64,000 nucleotides of DNA, from positions 41,578-105,577 of the IMG/VR virus record IMGVR_UViG_3300033141_003544. One strand, 5' to 3'. Under the pieces are notes generated by a model. The model saw only the letters and a program-made list of their open reading frames with translations. It searched no databases and was not told where the DNA came from. Position 1 is the stretch's first letter; every line of letters begins with the position of its first letter. The DNA comes from a virus. Positions 40,988 through 50,620 of this stretch are shown here, piece by piece. The position numbers and the translations under genes were made by a program.

Positions 40988-41263
40988 ATGATAACTACTG
41001 ACAAAGCTAAGAAATTAATGCAAAGTACTAATGGTAAAATATTTGGTGCTTATTTTATCAAAAAAGATTCATCATACAGACGTATGTCTTGTAGGACTGG
41101 TGTTAGGAAAAACCTAAAAGGTGTAGGTTTTAGGTTTAAACCAGAAGATAAAGGATTGTTTCCTGTTTTTGATATGAATAAACAGAACTATCGTTTTGTT
41201 AATATGAATACACTTATATCTCTAACAGTAAGTCATAAATATTATAAAGTAGAGGAGTCGTAA
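40988..41263 (+). CDS. SH3-fold/WYL-like beta-barrel protein
   Basis: FIKKDSSYRRMSCRTGV..VFDM...YRFVN. Confidence 0.7.
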   Translation: MITTDKAKKLMQSTNGKIFGAYFIKKDSSYRRMSCRTGVRKNLKGVGFRFKPEDKGLFPVFDMNKQNYRFVNMNTLISLTVSHKYYKVEES

Positions 41264-41264
41264 C

Positions 41265-41756
41265 ATGGAACATTCAGAAAGAATTAACAAAAAAATTCAT
41301 GAATTAGCTCTTGAGATAGTTGATGTTCTTGAAGATCTCAGAGAGAACCCAAAAACTGATTTAACCGAAGACCTTGATCCAGAAGGGGAGCCTTATACAA
41401 ATTATGACAGATTGAAACACAATCTTGAGTTTGTTATGATATTGTTCAAAGCTCTTCATGGAACTTACGAAGACGGTTATCATAATTCAGAATTTAGGGG
41501 GGTTTATTTTGATAACTTCAAAAATTATATGATACTTGAGGAAGCCATAAAGTTTCAAGGTTTGTTTCTTGAGTTGTCTGATGTTGACCAGCAACGTGTT
41601 ATTAAAGCTATAACTCATGCATTAGGTTATTGTACTTCCTATAATATCAGAGGGACTTGGTTGGAAGATTGGTATGATACCAAAACTACCATATGTGAAG
41701 AAACAATTAAAAACCTTGAAAAGGGACTAAACCCAGAATGGGAAAAAGCAAAATGA
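41265..41756 (+). CDS. hypothetical protein
   Basis: SD+ORF. Confidence 0.65.
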   Translation: MEHSERINKKIHELALEIVDVLEDLRENPKTDLTEDLDPEGEPYTNYDRLKHNLEFVMILFKALHGTYEDGYHNSEFRGVYFDNFKNYMILEEAIKFQGLFLELSDVDQQRVIKAITHALGYCTSYNIRGTWLEDWYDTKTTICEETIKNLEKGLNPEWEKAK

Positions 41757-42028
41757 CATTCTATGAAACAAAGCAAAAGATCCTTCGGAATATAGAAAAA
41801 AGGAAAACACAGTTAATTCAAGAGGGGAATTACTATTATTTAAAAGAGAAAGTTTCCCAAATGGTATCAAATGACAATCTTTTGGAGCTTTATTTAAATT
41901 GTATAGTATTTAGAAACTTTATATTAGAACAATATAAGGAAACTCAACAGAAACAATTAAGTATTAACAAGCATACTAAGATAGTTATACCCTCACATAT
42001 AGTGTACAGAGGGTCATTAATAAAATAA
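41753..42028 (+). CDS. hypothetical protein
   Basis: ATGA-coupled. Confidence 0.55.
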   Translation: MTFYETKQKILRNIEKRKTQLIQEGNYYYLKEKVSQMVSNDNLLELYLNCIVFRNFILEQYKETQQKQLSINKHTKIVIPSHIVYRGSLIK

Positions 42029-42039
42029 GGGGACATGAA

Positions 42040-42432
42040 GTGGTTAATTCGATTATCACTATAAAGAAAACGGAAGTCTCTAAGGAGTTATGGACTAAGT
42101 TTTTAAAAAAATTAGAAGCTAAAGAGACGGAACATAGTATAGATTCCGTCCATTTCACAATTAACTCATATAACGCTGGGGGGTTTGTATGGTATATATG
42201 TAATACAGAAAAACCAAAAAAGGAGTCCAAAATGGATTTAAAAACAAAACAGGAAAAAGATTGTTTCAAAGGAATTGATGAAACAATCGATTCAGTAGCC
42301 GAAAAACTCGATAGTGGAAAGTGGGAACTAGATAAGGCAAATGCAGTAGTGCTTCAATTAATCGGAAAAGTATTAATTGGAATAGGTATAATCTTGTCTG
42401 ATATAAGAGCCCATTTAGAAAAGGGGGCATAA
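42040..42432 (+). CDS. hypothetical protein
   Basis: ORF; internal SD+ATG suggests a shorter form. Confidence 0.5.
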   Translation: MVNSIITIKKTEVSKELWTKFLKKLEAKETEHSIDSVHFTINSYNAGGFVWYICNTEKPKKESKMDLKTKQEKDCFKGIDETIDSVAEKLDSGKWELDKANAVVLQLIGKVLIGIGIILSDIRAHLEKGA

Positions 42433-42433
42433 C

Positions 42434-42802
42434 ATGAAAAAATTCTTACTATTGTCAGTGATATTCTTTTTTTGCAGCAATCCAGTAGCAATTCAAGAGT
42501 CAGAGTCCTTATTTGAATTGAGAGACATTTATCCTAATCCTTTCAAAGAGTTAACTGAAATTAGTATAGTTCTATTAGACGGGTCAGCCTTTCTCACCCT
42601 TAAAATTTATAATTCTCTGGGGGAGGAAGTCTGTATTCTCGAAGAAGATAGCTATTATAGTTGCATATCTAAAAAACAATTGGATTGGATCTTTAATCCA
42701 AAAGAATTCCACCTTCCTCAGGGTATTTATTTATGCAAAATCATAGCCAAAAAGGGGAGTTTGGAACAGAGTCTTTCTAAAAGAATAACTTATATAAAAT
42801 AG
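42434..42802 (+). CDS. Lipoprotein consisting of a T9SS type-A C-terminal sorting domain
   Basis: MKKFLLLSVIFFFC; IYPNPF; IYNSLGEEV; LPQGIYLCKI; KRITYIK. Confidence 0.75.
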   Translation: MKKFLLLSVIFFFCSNPVAIQESESLFELRDIYPNPFKELTEISIVLLDGSAFLTLKIYNSLGEEVCILEEDSYYSCISKKQLDWIFNPKEFHLPQGIYLCKIIAKKGSLEQSLSKRITYIK

Positions 42803-42812
42803 GAGTCGTAAC

Positions 42813-43198
42813 ATGAAAATTACAACTAAAACGTTAGGAGAATTTTTAATTAAACATGATAGAGCTCTGTCTGATTATACAGATTGTTCCCTTGGAGAAG
42901 ATCTATCTCCCCAGAAAGAGAATTTCCAGAAAAGTTAGTTATTGAAATTATGGAAAATCTTTCAACCATGTCCAAAAGAGTCTTAAAAGAGAATGGATAT
43001 TATTTGTTGGATAAGGTTTTATACTTTCCCAGTTGCGGTTCAAAGGAACATAAAGCTATTCCCAAATATTGGAGAGAGTTAGAAGAAATCTTTGGTCCTT
43101 TCGATGGGGAATGGACAGACTATGACCTTTATCCTATCTCAGATTTGTTAAGAGCTATTCATTATTTAGTTTCCGAAAATTTGATTAAGGAAACATGA
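42813..43198 (+). pseudogene. Probably frameshifted gene (track ORF 42884-43198)
   Basis: SD+ATG 42813 frame stops at about 42938; the long frame continues from a C4 run at about 42909. Confidence 0.45.
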
Positions 43199-43376
43199 AT
43201 AAAAAGGTTCTACATTCCTTCAGTTTTATATTTTTTTTGTATAAAACTTTTCTTAGAAAAGAATAACAAAAATACAATTCCGTAAAACGATTGAACTTGG
43301 TGAAATTCATGAATAAAATCCTTTTAATTGTCATTAGATCAGAGACAGCGAACTTTCCAATAATGATGGTTTTGGA

Positions 43377-43443
43377 TGTGTTCCACAGCGTGTTAAAAGT
43401 ATGTTGCAAGTGGGAAAATGGTTTTGTATATTAAAACAAAAAA
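43377..43443 (+). promoter_or_regulatory. 67-bp repeated promoter cassette, copy 2
   Basis: One mismatch to copy 1. Confidence 0.8.
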
Positions 43444-43494
43444 GGTTTTTTGATTAAGTGAAATTTCCATTCAAAAAAAGAAAGGAGCTTACTA

Positions 43495-43758
43495 ATGGAA
43501 ACACCAAAAATTGTTCAACAAGTGATTGATAATTGCGAATCTGGATATTTTGAAAGGGACACAGAACAGATCGCAAAAACATTAGGCATTTTTGGAATAA
43601 AAGGAGATAATCCTAATTTGGATAAACTCCTTGAATTTACAAGTGTTTTACTCCAAACGTTTATGACACTTCAAAGTGAGTATAAGTATGTAACGGAAAC
43701 TCCAATTGCACGTTTAATTGAAACGTCCTATAAACAAGGATCTAATGCAAGAAAGTAA
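43495..43758 (+). CDS. hypothetical protein
   Basis: AAAGGAG SD. Confidence 0.65.
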   Translation: METPKIVQQVIDNCESGYFERDTEQIAKTLGIFGIKGDNPNLDKLLEFTSVLLQTFMTLQSEYKYVTETPIARLIETSYKQGSNARK

Positions 43759-43772
43759 AAAGGAGTCATAAT

Positions 43773-44207
43773 ATGAAAAATTGGGATGAGTCGGCTGGCG
43801 AATTTACTGGACAACCAGATGAAACATTTAACAGTTGCTTTATTGAAGAATTAATGAAAATAACTAAAAATAACTGGCTTGTATTTCAACGAGTAGGTAA
43901 TAAAGCTCAGTTATTGGTGGCTCACGAAGCAGGTTTAACAAGTAAAAGGTTGTTTGGGCTTCCAGAAGTTATTGAAACTAAAAACTGTTTTTGGAATAAC
44001 GGAGATCCTATAAAAGGAAAACTGTTTTATGAGTGGGAACTTGATCCAGATAAGAGTGGAATACTTATAGTGTGGGATCATGATTTAGGGGACGTAGTTG
44101 TTGATACAGTTGATATAGAAGTAGTAGAAAAGTTTATCGATAATGAAGACTCTGACTTTTTTCCAGAAAAAGTATGTGAAAATGTTTATTTCTCCTATAT
44201 AATATAG
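43773..44207 (+). CDS. hypothetical protein
   Basis: SD+ORF. Confidence 0.65.
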   Translation: MKNWDESAGEFTGQPDETFNSCFIEELMKITKNNWLVFQRVGNKAQLLVAHEAGLTSKRLFGLPEVIETKNCFWNNGDPIKGKLFYEWELDPDKSGILIVWDHDLGDVVVDTVDIEVVEKFIDNEDSDFFPEKVCENVYFSYII

Positions 44208-44258
44208 AAAAGCGAAAAAGCAAAATGACAATCTTTTGGAACTTTATTTTGAAAAGGA

Positions 44259-44480
44259 TTGATTATGAATAAAGATCATGAGTGTAGAAAACACTTTAAG
44301 GCTTATGGTGGGCAAGCTATAACAAGCGAAGCATTTTTTAGAAATGGTAAAAGGGTTAACCTTTACCCTTATTCAAAAAGAGCTTCAATTAAAGTAAAAG
44401 GTTTTTGTACTGTATGTGGACGTAAATTACAAAAAGCTTTTATTATAGGGAAAAGGGAAACTACTCTGAATATTTTATAA
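44259..44480 (+). CDS. small zinc-binding protein
   Basis: CxxH..CTVCG. Confidence 0.55.
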   Translation: MIMNKDHECRKHFKAYGGQAITSEAFFRNGKRVNLYPYSKRASIKVKGFCTVCGRKLQKAFIIGKRETTLNIL

Positions 44481-44495
44481 GATAAGGAGCATATC

Positions 44496-44720
44496 ATGAT
44501 AAGTACTTATAAAGTATTTTTTATAGAGAAGCCAGAACCAGAAGTGTTTTCAGCTTCTAACTGGACTTTTGAGGCTATAACAGTTCGTTTTTTTAATTCG
44601 TTAGGTTCTCTTACAAGAGAATATCCTACGGAAAAGATTTTGAGGATTGAAACAGATAGTGCCTATTACTTTTTTGACAATACTAAAGTAGTAGGTAGAA
44701 TGCTTAAAGATATAAACTGA
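44496..44720 (+). CDS. hypothetical protein
   Basis: SD+ORF. Confidence 0.6.
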   Translation: MISTYKVFFIEKPEPEVFSASNWTFEAITVRFFNSLGSLTREYPTEKILRIETDSAYYFFDNTKVVGRMLKDIN

Positions 44721-44734
44721 AAGGAGAACTAATC

Positions 44735-45103
44735 ATGAGTAAGTTTGAAGATTATCTCGAAAGAGACGACCATGTCTTAACCTCAGTAGAGGAGGTCAGA
44801 GAACATTGTACTGATGAATCTTTGGGGGGGAATGCAAATTGGCCTCTTGACCGTATTAATGAAGTATTAAAAGCTTCCAATGGTAAACTGAGATTTAAGT
44901 ATTATTTTCATGGTGGGGACGAAGAAACTGGCTGTCATGTATTTGAATATGACACTTGGTGTGATGACAAAGAATTGACTGATAAAGAATGGGAAAGCTT
45001 AAAAGAGATCCTTACTCGGGAACAGGAAGTAATGCATAATCCTACTCCTTCTTTTTGTCTTTGTTTAGGTTCGCTTTGGCATTTTGTACCTTACAATCTT
45101 TAA
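44735..45103 (+). CDS. hypothetical protein
   Basis: SD+ORF. Confidence 0.65.
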   Translation: MSKFEDYLERDDHVLTSVEEVREHCTDESLGGNANWPLDRINEVLKASNGKLRFKYYFHGGDEETGCHVFEYDTWCDDKELTDKEWESLKEILTREQEVMHNPTPSFCLCLGSLWHFVPYNL

Positions 45104-45123
45104 ATATATAAGGAGAACCGATT

Positions 45124-45387
45124 ATGAGTACAGTAGTTAGAGAGCACACCAGAAGCAAAAATGAATGTGCCAAAACCAGATCGTTGAATAATCCTTATGA
45201 AATCTGGGTTAACTCCCAGGACTGGGAGTGGCGAGTATTGAAAAAATACCAGTCTCCTAAAAATGAAGTAAAGAATCCTTATGCACGTTGGTTTTGTGCG
45301 GTAAAATCTCCATTTACTTTTGGATCTTGGGAATACGGAGATGTTTATGTCAGAGAAATAATAAACAGTGCTTATAAGCTTAGATGA
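45124..45387 (+). CDS. conserved phage hypothetical protein
   Basis: WEWRVLKKYQ..YARWFCAVKSP..EYGDVY. Confidence 0.7.
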   Translation: MSTVVREHTRSKNECAKTRSLNNPYEIWVNSQDWEWRVLKKYQSPKNEVKNPYARWFCAVKSPFTFGSWEYGDVYVREIINSAYKLR

Positions 45388-45920
45388 AAACGAATTTAGT
45401 TAATCCAGCCATAAATACCCGAAGAAAATAAGAAAAGCTTGTCGTTCTTGAATTGTTGTTGATACCAAAATCTTAGACATAAAAAACAACTCCCTTCTTA
45501 AATTATTTCTTTGATTCAGCAGAGTCAAAGAAATAATTTCGTGTCTCTCTTTAACCATCCATAAATTGAGACAGCGAACTTTTTTATTTTAACAAAAATT
45601 TTACCAGATATTCTTTGGATATAAGAGAACATTCCATATGGTTAGTCTTTTTTAATGACCTCAATATAACCTTAGTAAAAATAAACTTTTAAATCAAAAA
45701 TTTTAACCGATAATCTTTAGATATAAGGAAACATTCTATTTTTTTATTCATTTTTTAATGACTTCAATACAGTCTTAAAAATTACCTACCTATTGTCCTA
45801 AGTTATGTCTAGACATAATTTTGTACTATCTCTTTTTTTTGATTTTGTCCTACTTTACCAAACAATAGCCAAAAATTTTGGCCAATTGTTATCGGCTTTT
45901 TGGCCGGTTTTTTGTTTAAG

Positions 45921-45987
45921 TGTGTTAGACAGCGTGTTAAAAGTATGTTGCAAGTGTGAAAATGGTTTTGTATATTAAAACAAAAAA
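45921..45987 (+). promoter_or_regulatory. 67-bp repeated promoter cassette, copy 3
   Basis: Near-identical to copies 1 and 2. Confidence 0.8.
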
Positions 45988-46030
45988 TATGTTTAGATAA
46001 TAATGCCAACCTCAAGAGTGGAGTTGAAAA

Positions 46031-46249
46031 ATGGAAGCAAGAAAAATAGTAAAAGTTAAGAAGCTAACTAAAAGTAGAAAAGAAGATAGCTTGAAAAGGA
46101 ATTGGCCAGGAGAATGGAGAGATAAAAATTATTATATCAGACAGGAGAAAGAAGGGGTTATGCAGTATGATAAAACAAGAAATGGAGAAACCAAGTTTGT
46201 AGATTTTAAAACAAGGGAAAATATTTCCCTAATATCAATTGAATTATAA
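46031..46249 (+). CDS. paralogue of the N-terminus of 39653-40123
   Basis: RKIVKVKK..WPG..RD..VDFKTRE. Confidence 0.65.
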   Translation: MEARKIVKVKKLTKSRKEDSLKRNWPGEWRDKNYYIRQEKEGVMQYDKTRNGETKFVDFKTRENISLISIEL

Positions 46250-46265
46250 AAGAAAGGAGCTTACC

Positions 46266-46544
46266 ATGTTAACAAAAGAAAGAATTGCAGATTTAAAAGA
46301 GAACGGTCCTGGATATGTTAGAGAAGAATTACATATCACAATAGTTGATACAGTTCGGTCATTAATGGAAGTGTTACAATTAGAGTTGTTTGACGACGGA
46401 CTGGCTTATGGAGACCAAGGTTCAAGAGAATTAATGAAAAAAACAATTGACATGATGGATAGGTTTTTTGACTATCATGAATGGAAAAACAGTCAACATG
46501 ATATTGAATGGGTTAAGAAAAATAACCCAGAAGTTTTATTATAA
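46266..46544 (+). CDS. hypothetical protein
   Basis: SD+ORF. Confidence 0.65.
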   Translation: MLTKERIADLKENGPGYVREELHITIVDTVRSLMEVLQLELFDDGLAYGDQGSRELMKKTIDMMDRFFDYHEWKNSQHDIEWVKKNNPEVLL

Positions 46545-46604
46545 AAAGGAGATAGTTATGCAGACATTTATGCAAAATGAATTATAAAAGAAAGGAGCAG
46601 AGCC

Positions 46605-46913
46605 ATGGTAACAAAGGAAGAATTAGAAGTAGCATTCAATAATTGGAAAGCAAGTGAACTTACAGAAGTTGATTTGTTAAAAATTATTGAGGCTAACGTT
46701 CAAACCCCTGGTAGTGAGTATGATTGCTTTCTTGAGGGGTTTGAAGGCGATCTTGATGTAGTAGATGATTTGGAAGAAGTGTTTCGATTTGGAAGACTGG
46801 ATAACTGGGATATGGAAGATCTTTTATTCTGGTTAAATAATGATGATCCAGACTTCAAGTTCAAAGACGAGCTTATTGACTGGCTTGAAGGTTATGTCGA
46901 GCCAGTCAAATAA
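46605..46913 (+). CDS. very acidic small protein
   Basis: D/E-rich; SD. Confidence 0.65.
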   Translation: MVTKEELEVAFNNWKASELTEVDLLKIIEANVQTPGSEYDCFLEGFEGDLDVVDDLEEVFRFGRLDNWDMEDLLFWLNNDDPDFKFKDELIDWLEGYVEPVK

Positions 46914-46933
46914 ACAAAGAAAGGAGCAGAACC

Positions 46934-47344
46934 ATGATTTCAACAAAAATGTTGAGAAGGAAACATGCCCAATTTAGTGATATTGAAGGAATAATTGCTA
47001 AGCTGGGAAAGAAAGGTTTCCAGATAAGTTATGAAGATTTACAAGATGGGTCTGAGCCGTCTTGGATAATCAAAGCAAGAGAAGGGAACGATCCTGCTGC
47101 AAGAATTGAAAAAATTACAAAAGAGTTTATTGAGTCTTGCATAGATTGGTACAAAGGAGATGAACATTGGCAAGAATTAATGAAAGATGAACCCATGCCA
47201 ACTGTAGGGGATACAAGTTATGATATAGTAATACCCAAGAAAAGTTGGATAGGGGAATATATGCTTGTTGTGTTAAGTTGGGATCACAACCCTGAAATGT
47301 TAAGAGAAATAATACCTTTGTTCAGGTATTATGAATATCACTAA
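46934..47344 (+). CDS. hypothetical protein, paralogue family with 50009 and 52759
   Basis: SDIEGIIAKL.KKGF..PKKSWIGEY..WD..IIPLFRY. Confidence 0.7.
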   Translation: MISTKMLRRKHAQFSDIEGIIAKLGKKGFQISYEDLQDGSEPSWIIKAREGNDPAARIEKITKEFIESCIDWYKGDEHWQELMKDEPMPTVGDTSYDIVIPKKSWIGEYMLVVLSWDHNPEMLREIIPLFRYYEYH

Positions 47345-47364
47345 ACAAGGAAAGGAAATGAACT

Positions 47365-47730
47365 ATGAGTGATGAAAACTATGATTACTTAAGTGCCATT
47401 AAAGCTGATGTAAATGGTATCGGAGAACACCTGCTTTCAATGGCAAAAAAGATTAATGAAACAAGAGTTCATGAAGATGAAATGGACTGTATGACCGCTT
47501 TTGGGGAATTTGTTTGTTGTGCTCTAAAGGAGATTTCAATCAGTATAGGAATTAAAGCTATGCCGAATGATCCTTACCGTGATAAGAATAGAGTTGCTTT
47601 TCAAGAGGCTTATGAGCCAGTAGAGGATTTAGTTGAGTATTTTACAGACGAGATTTTTGAAGGTGGAGATGATATTTCCGTTTTTAACAAGATTATTAAA
47701 GAATTATCAGAGCAAAAAGCCAAGAAATAA
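47365..47730 (+). CDS. hypothetical protein
   Basis: SD+ORF. Confidence 0.65.
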   Translation: MSDENYDYLSAIKADVNGIGEHLLSMAKKINETRVHEDEMDCMTAFGEFVCCALKEISISIGIKAMPNDPYRDKNRVAFQEAYEPVEDLVEYFTDEIFEGGDDISVFNKIIKELSEQKAKK

Positions 47731-47767
47731 TTGTATACAACTTAATGGTAAAAGGAAGGAGCTTATC

Positions 47768-48112
47768 ATGCAAGTTTTTTGCACAAAGGATTTAGAAAAG
47801 TTAGCCGAGTTTGAAAAAGGTGAGTATAATTATACCTTTGACGAACCAGGTTGGATTGTACCAATTATTAAAAGGATTGTGGATTTTTCCCCAGATTATT
47901 CTTTCGGTGGATATATCAGAGTAGATAACGATGATGAAGGTAATGGATTTGACGGGATTATGATTATTAATAATGCTGACACAATTGCCAAAGAATCTGA
48001 ATTCAAAACTTTTGTCAAAGAACTTTTTGAGAATCCAGAATGTTTACAACCCACCCCATCAGTAATTGATGTATGTGGTGCAATATTCATTTATGCCCCA
48101 TTTCAGGTATAA
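47768..48112 (+). CDS. hypothetical protein
   Basis: SD+ORF. Confidence 0.65.
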   Translation: MQVFCTKDLEKLAEFEKGEYNYTFDEPGWIVPIIKRIVDFSPDYSFGGYIRVDNDDEGNGFDGIMIINNADTIAKESEFKTFVKELFENPECLQPTPSVIDVCGAIFIYAPFQV

Positions 48113-48132
48113 AACAAGAAAGGAGATTAATC

Positions 48133-48543
48133 ATGCTAAGATTTAAAAGTGAAAGTATCAAAAAGAGAGTTTCTAATCTTGATACACATGGAGATGAAAT
48201 TGTTGATGTACTTCAGGTATTGCATGAATGGAGTATACAAGAAGATTATCCAGTAATAATAACTGGCGCTGGTCAAAAACCGGAGAAATATAGTGCATAC
48301 ATTGATTTTGAATTTGATGAAGATCTTCAGTTTGAAAATAACCTTGATAATATATTTGAAAGGTTTCATTTGAAGATGTTTTCCAATGGTAGGTATATTG
48401 ACTTGCCTTATAATGAAAGCTCTATTATTGGTAATCCAGTTGATAGAGATTTTGATAATCACTTTCAGTCATATTATTATGAGTATGAAATAATAGGTAA
48501 AACTGTCAGGTTACTTTTCGGATTTGATGATTCTACAAGATAA
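48133..48543 (+). CDS. hypothetical protein
   Basis: SD+ORF. Confidence 0.65.
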   Translation: MLRFKSESIKKRVSNLDTHGDEIVDVLQVLHEWSIQEDYPVIITGAGQKPEKYSAYIDFEFDEDLQFENNLDNIFERFHLKMFSNGRYIDLPYNESSIIGNPVDRDFDNHFQSYYYEYEIIGKTVRLLFGFDDSTR

Positions 48544-48853
48544 AAGAGCAGACATTATGAGTAGGAAATCAGATATGCATACGGCAATACGATCTAAAGA
48601 GAAAAACACTGAATGAACAAAAGATTTGAAACAACGTAGAGATATTCGAAAGAAAGATAACAAAAACGTTGTGGCTTTTTGAAAGGATCTGAAGTAATAA
48701 ACCCTAATACAGGGGCACTATTAATTTTAATTTAACACCATCTTATAATAGATAAAGCTTACCTGTAAAAGAACTTATAAGGAAAACTTATAAGAAAGAA
48801 CACTGAAACACTCTACAAATCATTCGACCAAAAATCACTTCTCATCACACCCT

Positions 48854-48895
48854 ATGTATAACAATGTATAACAATGTATAACAATGTATAACAAT
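48854..48895. repeat. 10-bp tandem repeat ATGTATAACA x4
   Basis: Read directly. Confidence 0.9.
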
Positions 48896-49217
48896 CAGTA
48901 CCTGACCAAGTTGAATAATATTTTTCCCTATATATAGCATAGGATTTCAACTATGTGGCTAAATCAAAAAAATTCTGGGATATTTGACCTGATACCCAGT
49001 GGATATAAGGAAACAGACCATTATTAAAAAATTCCGAAATAAGAGCAGTTTTTTCGATACCCTATAAAATACCAGGTATTTGTAATAAAACTGTCCCAAA
49101 CACCCCTCTATGGAATCCTGACGCTATCTTTTGAATGGGTACAGTACCCTCTTTTAAAAGAAATAAAATTATACTCCTTCTTAAGGGTGTATTCTTTCCG
49201 TGTATAAAACTACTCCT

Positions 49218-49336
49218 TATACGCGTGTATATGCGCACACGCGTACGTATATACGTGTATGTACGCGCGTATAGTAACAATCTCATACTTTAAAACTTAT
49301 GTTCTCTGCATGCATATATATGTGTACATATATATG
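49218..49336. repeat. Two alternating purine/pyrimidine tracts (56 and 30 nt)
   Basis: 49218-49273 and 49307-49336. Confidence 0.85.
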
Positions 49337-49944
49337 AACATGAAATAGCTCTTATAAATAAGGGAACATACTTTCTTATAAGCTTTTATATTAAGATTTT
49401 CATACCAACAGACCATCCACTTGGTATTATTGAGATATAAGGAAACAGACCGTCTTATAGACCATATTTGTATAAGTCCTCTTAAACCTTGTGAAAACAA
49501 ACCTTTAGCTAAACTTTAATCAGAAACGTTATGGATAACACACAATGTGTTCATTAGCACTCACTAAAACCTCCTTGTAGCACTAAACACATTAGTGTTC
49601 ATTTAACACAGATTAAAACACTAATGTGACACTAGAGTGTATACTCATGCCGACAGACCAAAACTTGACCTGATATCTTGTGGAAATAAGCGACCAACAG
49701 ACCAAGAAAGTTAACCTCCCCTCAGACGAAAAACTATTACCGCTGTCTATCCAACTATCTCTGTTGAGTAACCGACAGACCAACCAAGTCTAGACAGCGT
49801 GCCAAATTTCCACGCGAAAACTGGACGAAATAAGGAACCTTGGATATGAAGTAAAAAAAATAAAATAATTTTTATTTTTTTATTTTTTTAATCAGTTTTA
49901 ATTTTTATTTTTTTTAAACAATTTTGATTTTTATTTTTGGACAC

Positions 49945-49983
49945 AAAAAAACACCGTACACAATAACAGTGTACGGTGTTTTT
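49945..49983 (-). terminator. bidirectional-type intrinsic terminator
   Basis: AAAAACACCGTACAC/GTGTACGGTGTTTTT. Confidence 0.8.
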
Positions 49984-50008
49984 GTTTCCCAGATTGGCTA
50001 TAAGGGTA

Positions 50009-50620
50009 CTATTTGTCTAAAGAGTACACATACCTGAACAGTGGTGCTATTGCTTTTAAATCCGCTTCTGAGAAGTCCCAGTTTGAGACGGCAAGCACAT
50101 ACTCACCCTCCCACTCTTTTTTTGGTACGTACCTACCTTCAGTCATTTCGTTAACAATAAACCAATCTGTAATTTTACTGATGAAACCTGCCACATAGTC
50201 TGCACCCACCTCATAAGGTTCGATAGTGTAAAAAAATTCCCTCTCATCGTCTGCGTTGTAATCTTCTTCATAATTAACCACAAACCCTTTTGCCCGCAAA
50301 AGTGCAAGTATTCTATCAATATCCGAATAGATTAGATGTTTAACGTGTTCACTTTGGTGATAGAGTCCTGTATCAAATAGCATTTCATTTTCATTGTCGC
50401 TTTGGTTTTTAGATGGAGTTAGCTCGATTTGAGGTTTTATCTCGTCTATAATATTTTGAATGACTTCTTGAATAGGTGTACAGTCGGGCTTTTCCCGCAA
50501 ATGATAATTTAAACACAGTGCCTCATCAGGTAAAACATTGGTTATATCATCTTCAGAACATTCGTCTGGTATTGAAAAAATAGGCTTTCCACAATTAGGG
50601 CATGTTTTGTTTGCCTTCAT
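50009..50620 (-). CDS. zinc ribbon + paralogue of 46934 domain
   Basis: CPNCG; PKKEWEGEY..IAPLFRY. Confidence 0.7.
   Translation of the reverse strand: MKANKTCPNCGKPIFSIPDECSEDDITNVLPDEALCLNYHLREKPDCTPIQEVIQNIIDEIKPQIELTPSKNQSDNENEMLFDTGLYHQSEHVKHLIYSDIDRILALLRAKGFVVNYEEDYNADDEREFFYTIEPYEVGADYVAGFISKITDWFIVNEMTEGRYVPKKEWEGEYVLAVSNWDFSEADLKAIAPLFRYVYSLDK

Noticed and set aside
48854-48895. DnaA boxes
   Set aside because: Two mismatches to TTATNCACA; not supportable.
49062-49500. Track ORFs 49062-49286 and 49297-49500
   Set aside because: Translations mirror the RY tracts (RTYTYIRTRV); no SD.
48544-50008. CRISPR array
   Set aside because: Repeats are short, degenerate and irregularly spaced; no cas genes.
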